Source of the DNA: Bacteroidota bacterium
Lineage (GTDB): Bacteria; Bacillota; UBA4882; JAAYXC01
DNA length: 64,000 nt
Assembly: GCA_050260415.1 (NCBI GenBank)
Contig: JBLNCE010000150.1
Coordinates: 5,313 to 69,312 of the forward strand
Direction of reading: 5' to 3'
Positions 59,227 to 64,000 of the stretch are shown piece after piece. The notes beneath the pieces are model-generated. The model ran no database searches, had not been told where the DNA came from, and worked only from the letters and a program-made list of their open reading frames with translations. The number at the start of each line of letters is the position of its first letter. The first letter of the stretch is position 1. The position numbers were made by a program, and so were the translations under genes.

Positions 59227-60177
59227 ATGACAACTTCCGCCGAGCACGGCTACATCCTCGGCATGGGCACGGCTTGCCTGGACTACATCTGGCAGGTGGG
59301 CGCCTATCCCGCCGAAGACAGCAAGAGCCAGGCCGAGGGCGTGATGGTTCAGGGCGGCGGCCCTGTCGCCACGGCGTTGGTGGCCGCGGCGCGCCTGGGG
59401 GTCCCCAGCGCCTATTTCGGGACGCTCGGCGATGACCCGGCCGGGCGTGAAATCGCTGCCGGCTTGGCCCGGGAGCAGGTGGACATAGACCATCTCCGCG
59501 TGGTGCGGGGGACGTCCTCCCAAACAGCCGCAGTCCTGGTCAGTCGCGCCACCGGGCTGAGGACGGTCGTCTGGCACCCGGGCACGGTACCGCCGCCAAG
59601 CGCGGACGACCTACCCGAGTTCGTCTTGGGAAAAGCGCGTTTCCTGCACCTCGACGGCCACCATCCGGAGACGGCCCTGCCGCTGGTGCGTAAAGCCCGC
59701 GCGCTCGGGGTCTCCGTTTCTCTGGACGCGGGTAGCAACTATCCCTGGATGAAGGATCTGGCGCCGCTGGCCGACATCTTGATCGGGTCCGCGCGTTTCG
59801 GTAAGGACTTCACCGGCGCGGAAGATCCTGAACGGATGCTGGATTGCCTGGGGAGTCTCGGCCCCACGATGGTGGGTATAACCCTGGGCGCGTCCGGAGG
59901 CCTGATCGAGGCGCATGGTGAACGGTTCGGGTATCCGGGTTTTCCCATCGAGGCGGTTGACACAAACGGGGCCGGGGACGTGTTTCACGGCGCTTTTCTA
60001 AGCGCGCTGGCGCATGGTGCCGCGGCGCGGGACGCGTCTATCTTTGCAAGCGCCGCCGCGGCCTTGAAGTGCACGATGCCCGGCGGACGGTCCGGTATCC
60101 CCGCGCGCGCCAAGGTCCTGTCTTTCTTGCGGGCACGAGGCTTTACGAATGCGCGCGGGATTTCGTTCTTCGCATAG
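59227..60177 (+). CDS. PfkB-family carbohydrate kinase (ribokinase-like)
   Basis: GGGPVATALVAAARLG and the C-terminal TNGAGDVFHGAF signature. ATG after a GAGGAGG RBS. Confidence 0.8.
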   Translation: MTTSAEHGYILGMGTACLDYIWQVGAYPAEDSKSQAEGVMVQGGGPVATALVAAARLGVPSAYFGTLGDDPAGREIAAGLAREQVDIDHLRVVRGTSSQTAAVLVSRATGLRTVVWHPGTVPPPSADDLPEFVLGKARFLHLDGHHPETALPLVRKARALGVSVSLDAGSNYPWMKDLAPLADILIGSARFGKDFTGAEDPERMLDCLGSLGPTMVGITLGASGGLIEAHGERFGYPGFPIEAVDTNGAGDVFHGAFLSALAHGAAARDASIFASAAAALKCTMPGGRSGIPARAKVLSFLRARGFTNARGISFFA

Positions 60178-60254
60178 CAGCTTTAGCCATTTTCCCCTTG
60201 GACAGGCCGGATTGCGAGGCAGGAAAAGCGTTGTTCTCCGTGGAAGACTCGGTT

Positions 60255-61496
60255 ATGAAACCCGTACAAAGCATCAATTGGCGCCGCAACTTGGTATTTG
60301 CCTCGTTCGGGGTGGTTATGGCCGGGATCGTGTTTTCCCTCGTCTCGCCGTTCATCCCCCAATACCTGGCCGAACTCGGTGTCGGGCGTAACCTGGCCGT
60401 CTGGTCCGGGTTCGCCTTTGCGATCAACGCGTTCACCTACGGCATCATGGCACCAATCTGGGGCGGGCTGGCGGATCGCCACGGGAAGCGCATCATGCTC
60501 ATCAGGTCGGGCTTCGGTATTGCCTTGACCTATGTCCTGATGGGCCTGGCCCGAAGACCGTTGGAGTTTCTGGCCTACCGCGCGGTCAATGGCATGCTGG
60601 GAGGATTCATCCCCTCGTCCCTGATGCTGGTGGCGACCAATACGCCGGCTGCGGATCTTGGCTTTGCGTTGGGCGTGATTCAGACGGCCTCGTCGGTGGG
60701 GAGTATCATGGGTCCGCTCGTCGGCGGCGTCATGGCGAGCGCCCTTGGCGTCAGGACAGCCATGTTTCTCGGCGCCGGTCTGCTCTGTATCGCCGCGGCC
60801 GCGAGCTTCTATGGCACCAGGGAGGAGGTAACCCGCCGCGAAGGCGGGGCGGGATTTCTTACCGGCCTGCGCAGTACATTCTCCCGGGCCGACCTGCCGG
60901 CGCTCTTCCTCGTGATGCTCGCCGCGCAGATGGCGCTCATGGTCGTGCAGCCATCCTTGCCGATCTTCGTCCAATCCTTGGCCAAGAGACTCGACCAACG
61001 CCAGGTGACGCTGGCAACCGGGATCGTCTTCTCCTTGACCGGGGTCTCGACCGCCCTCGGCGCGCCCTTGCTCGGGCGGATCAAACGCTTGGACTACCGT
61101 TGGTCGCTGAAGCTCGGCCTCGTCGCGGCCGCGATCCTCGGCGGCTTCCAAGGGTTCACGCGGGATCTCTATCTCCTGGGCATCGAGCGATTCCTATTCG
61201 GCTTTGCCAACGCCGCGATCATCGTCAGCGGTAACGTCATCATCGCGCAGAGCGCGCCGGAGGGCGCGCGCGGGCAGGTATTCGGCGTCTTGAACGGCGT
61301 GGCCTCTCTCGGCTCCGTCCTCGGCCCCCTGCTCGGGGGATATGTGGCGAGCGGCTTCGGCTCGGCCGGGCCGTTCTTCCTCAGCGGACTGCTGTTCCTG
61401 GCAGGCCTCCCGTTGGTGGGAGGCGGTACCGGCGCGCCGTTATTTCTTTTCCCCAAACGAGCGCCCAAACAGGATAGCCACGCCCAGGGCGATTAG
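60255..61496 (+). CDS. MFS transporter
   Basis: 12-TM-like hydrophobic pattern. GGLADRHGKRIML motif between TM2 and TM3. ATG at 60255. Confidence 0.8.
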   Translation: MKPVQSINWRRNLVFASFGVVMAGIVFSLVSPFIPQYLAELGVGRNLAVWSGFAFAINAFTYGIMAPIWGGLADRHGKRIMLIRSGFGIALTYVLMGLARRPLEFLAYRAVNGMLGGFIPSSLMLVATNTPAADLGFALGVIQTASSVGSIMGPLVGGVMASALGVRTAMFLGAGLLCIAAAASFYGTREEVTRREGGAGFLTGLRSTFSRADLPALFLVMLAAQMALMVVQPSLPIFVQSLAKRLDQRQVTLATGIVFSLTGVSTALGAPLLGRIKRLDYRWSLKLGLVAAAILGGFQGFTRDLYLLGIERFLFGFANAAIIVSGNVIIAQSAPEGARGQVFGVLNGVASLGSVLGPLLGGYVASGFGSAGPFFLSGLLFLAGLPLVGGGTGAPLFLFPKRAPKQDSHAQGD

Positions 61497-62009
61497 GACG
61501 ACGGGCCACCATTTGACGATCAGTTCCGGGCGGGCGATGCCTTTGGTAAAGACGAACGCCACGGCGCCGGTGAGGATGCCGCCGCAGGCGGGAATCAGAA
61601 TCCCCGGATCGCGCCCGCGTCCCGCCGCCCACAGCACCATGAAGGCCAAGCCTCCGATGAAGGGAAAGGCGGGCCACCAGACCGCCATCTCGCTCCAGGA
61701 TAGGATCTCCCAGGCGAACAAGGCCAGAAAAGCCCCGATCAAAAGGGCGCCGATACCCACAAAAGCCAACCCTGGTTCATGGTCCGGCGTCAGTGCCCAG
61801 CCGACGAGAAAAGTCAGACCGCCCACGATGATGAATAGCGGCCAGATATTGTGCCAGCCGATGAACGGCAGGTTCAAACCGGGCAGCAGAAAAACGATGC
61901 CAAGCAGAACGAGGATAAACCCGAGCATCTGGCGGCCGGCCCGATCGGACATCCAAAACACCCCCGTCTCAAAAGCTCGCCTTATCTCCATAATGGCGGC
62001 ATACTTCAT
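61440..62009 (-). CDS. integral membrane protein (LiaF-N/DUF5668-like), hypothetical
   Basis: Several TM segments rich in G/L/F/W. Convergent with and overlapping the MFS 3' end by 57 nt. The start may be an internal Met. Confidence 0.5.
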   Translation of the reverse strand: MKYAAIMEIRRAFETGVFWMSDRAGRQMLGFILVLLGIVFLLPGLNLPFIGWHNIWPLFIIVGGLTFLVGWALTPDHEPGLAFVGIGALLIGAFLALFAWEILSWSEMAVWWPAFPFIGGLAFMVLWAAGRGRDPGILIPACGGILTGAVAFVFTKGIARPELIVKWWPVVLIALGVAILFGRSFGEKK

Positions 62010-62158
62010 AAATGTTCCGCATCAATAATTCGGTGGCCTCTCTTACCCTCCTGCCGTGGGGACGAATCCGATGGATTTCTCGGAAGCAGCCTCAGGCCAT
62101 GGGCTTGTCCCTGTGTGCTCCCCATATCTCGGCGGCGCCAGGCAAGATGTCCCAGAGC

Positions 62159-63076
62159 CTACCCGGCCGGCGGGCGTCCATACGCGCCGCCCGCGAAGTG
62201 ATCCTTGAGGCCGTTCACGATGGCGCCGGCGGCGCGTTTGTGAAACGTACAGCTACGCAGCCAGCCTTCCTCGACCGGGTTTGAGATGGTCGCAAATTCC
62301 ACCAGCACCACGGGTGCCGCAAGATCGGCCCAAGGTCGGCCGGCGCCGCATCCACGCGCCGGCAGCGGCAGCTTGCGGACGGCGGTTTCGTAGATGCAGA
62401 GCGCCAACGTTTGTCCCACGTCGTTTAGCCAACAAACCCTGGTGCCCGCTATCGATGGATCGGGGAACCACCCCGTATGCAACACGACCATGGCTTCGGC
62501 TCCGGCGCGGTCGGCGACGGCACAGCGGTCCGGCCAGGAGAGAGCGCGGTCGTCCTCCCGGGTCAAAGTAACGGCGCAGTCCAGGTGCTTCAGTTGTTCC
62601 GCCAGACAACGGGCCACCGCCAGCGTCATATCCTTTTCCAGCAGGTCGATAGGACCGCGGCCGCCGTGGTCCTCCCCGCCGTGGCCGGGGTCCACGACGA
62701 TTGCGCGGCCGTGCATGATCCGCCAGAGGGGGGCGCGCTGCAAAGCGATACAAAGCCGTGCCGGCAAGCCCGGAACGACGTACGCGGTCGATCCGGTCGC
62801 ATGATCGAGGACCAATGCAATGCGCAAGCCATGATCCTGCCGGGCGAGGGAGATCTCGTGCAGAAGGCCGTCGCATACCCTGATGCTCCCGTCAGGCATG
62901 CGCGTCCGCGCGTCCGGCAAGGTCACCACCAGGCGGCGCGGACCGTCGCTTTCCATCGTGTACCTGGCCGGATGGTCGGATTCGATCTGCACGAGGGTGA
63001 TACCGGCGAAACGGTTCAAGCACGGCTGTACGGCCGCGCTGATGTTGGTGACGATGGGCGCCTCATGGGTCATCAA
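62159..63076 (-). CDS. N-acetylmuramoyl-L-alanine amidase (Amidase_3 family)
   Basis: VVDPGHGGEDHGGRGP...EKDMTLAVARCLAEQL...HTG pattern. Confidence 0.75.
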   Translation of the reverse strand: MMTHEAPIVTNISAAVQPCLNRFAGITLVQIESDHPARYTMESDGPRRLVVTLPDARTRMPDGSIRVCDGLLHEISLARQDHGLRIALVLDHATGSTAYVVPGLPARLCIALQRAPLWRIMHGRAIVVDPGHGGEDHGGRGPIDLLEKDMTLAVARCLAEQLKHLDCAVTLTREDDRALSWPDRCAVADRAGAEAMVVLHTGWFPDPSIAGTRVCWLNDVGQTLALCIYETAVRKLPLPARGCGAGRPWADLAAPVVLVEFATISNPVEEGWLRSCTFHKRAAGAIVNGLKDHFAGGAYGRPPAG

Positions 63077-63174
63077 CCGGGATCAGCCTTTCACCTTTCA
63101 TAACTGCGCTCCCGCGGCCCTGCATAATATGCTAAGAGCATCCGTGGTGGTGCCCGTTTCCCGAAGGAGAGAAG

Positions 63175-63834
63175 ATGATGGAGAAAGACCGGGCCTACGC
63201 GCGGCTTCCGATTCGCACGCACGTCATCACCGAGCGGGACGATCTGGTCGAGGTCGTCGTGCGCTATACAAAAGGCTTGGTAGATCCCGGCGACGTGGTG
63301 GTGCTCTCGGAGAGCATGGTGGCCATCGCCCAAGGCCGGGCCATCATTTACAGCAAGGTCAGGCCGGGTATTTTGGCCAGGTTTCTCTGCCGTTTTCCGC
63401 AGAAACACGGCAGTCTGGCGACGCCGCAGGCCATGCAGCTGGCCATCGAAGACGCGGGCAGGGCGCGGGTCCTGGCGGGAGCCGTGGCGGCGGGGATTGG
63501 CCGTCTCCTGGGCCGTCGAGGCTGGTTTTTTGTCGTCGCCGGCCGGCACCTGGCCTATGTCGATGACATCGCCGGCACGCTTCCACCCTATGACCGGCAC
63601 ATCGTCTTGGGACCAAGGGAGCCGGAGCGCCTGGCCGGCCGGATCCGAGCCCGGATCGGCGTTGATGTGGCCATTGTCGATGTGAACGATATCCATTGCG
63701 TGGATGTCATCGCATACGCGGGCCGGCTCGAGCCGGAAGCTTTTCGGCAGGCCTTGATCGATAATCCCGCCGGGAACGACGATCAGCAGACGCCGATCGT
63801 GATCTTGAAGCGGATTAAGAGCGGCACGGAGTAA
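63175..63834 (+). CDS. CofE-like (F420-0:gamma-glutamyl ligase family) protein
   Basis: GDVVVLSESMVAIAQGRAI ... VAIVDVND ... NDDQQTPIVILK resembles the CofE fold family. Confidence 0.5.
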   Translation: MMEKDRAYARLPIRTHVITERDDLVEVVVRYTKGLVDPGDVVVLSESMVAIAQGRAIIYSKVRPGILARFLCRFPQKHGSLATPQAMQLAIEDAGRARVLAGAVAAGIGRLLGRRGWFFVVAGRHLAYVDDIAGTLPPYDRHIVLGPREPERLAGRIRARIGVDVAIVDVNDIHCVDVIAYAGRLEPEAFRQALIDNPAGNDDQQTPIVILKRIKSGTE

Positions 63835-64000
63835 TCCTGGAGGGAAAACCCGGACCCCAGGAACCGTCCGTCAAGTCTAGCCGGGTAAGAATCGTCCGGC
63901 GGAGATAGGTGATTGGTATGGACCCCGGCAGGTAGCCAGAATCATCGTCGCGAGCAGCCGGGCCATCAGTCGGCTTTCCGCCGGAAGGGTCCGCTCAGGA

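Noticed and set aside
60183-61151. Minus-strand 322-aa ORF opposite the MFS transporter, plus other overlapping ORFs in 59412-63696
   Set aside because: The plus-strand MFS frame has the 12-TM pattern and a good start. The antisense frame is Arg/Gly/Glu-rich and not protein-like.

Overview
High-G+C bacterial chromosome segment (strong GGAGG-type ribosome-binding sites, Bacillota-like). A tRNA cluster (Glu, a minus-strand Gly-like tRNA, Val, Asp, Phe) sits at the left. An integrated temperate contractile-tail prophage of about 56.6 kb lies in the 3' end of tRNA-Phe. It is bounded by a perfect 48-bp direct repeat (2441-2488 and 59083-59130). Prophage order: tyrosine integrase; divergent repressor/cro-like switch; excisionase-like gene; recombination and replication module (YqaJ-like exonuclease, SMC/Rad50-like ATPase, UvrD-like helicase, replication initiator with internal iterons, DnaC-like loader); MT-A70 methylase, HD and ASCH genes; sigma-like late regulator; terminase, portal, and a giant SPP1-gp7/Mu-F fusion protein; protease, scaffold, capsid; sheath, tube, chaperone with a candidate -1 frameshift, tape measure; baseplate and fibres; lysis cassette. 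The right arm carries a leftward accessory operon (secreted nuclease, very acidic protein, RusA, DUF5131-like, DUF932-like) and a tubulin/FtsZ-family GTPase with a winged-helix partner. The most notable items are the TubR/TubZ-like pair in an integrating prophage, the head-morphogenesis fusion protein with a kinase-like domain and a low-G+C C-terminal module, low-G+C moron cassettes, and a roughly 465-nt highly structured non-coding element among the tRNAs. Host flanks encode MFS transporters, an Smr protein, a PfkB kinase, an Amidase_3 enzyme and a CofE-like protein. All family assignments rest on motif recognition by eye, not on database searches.
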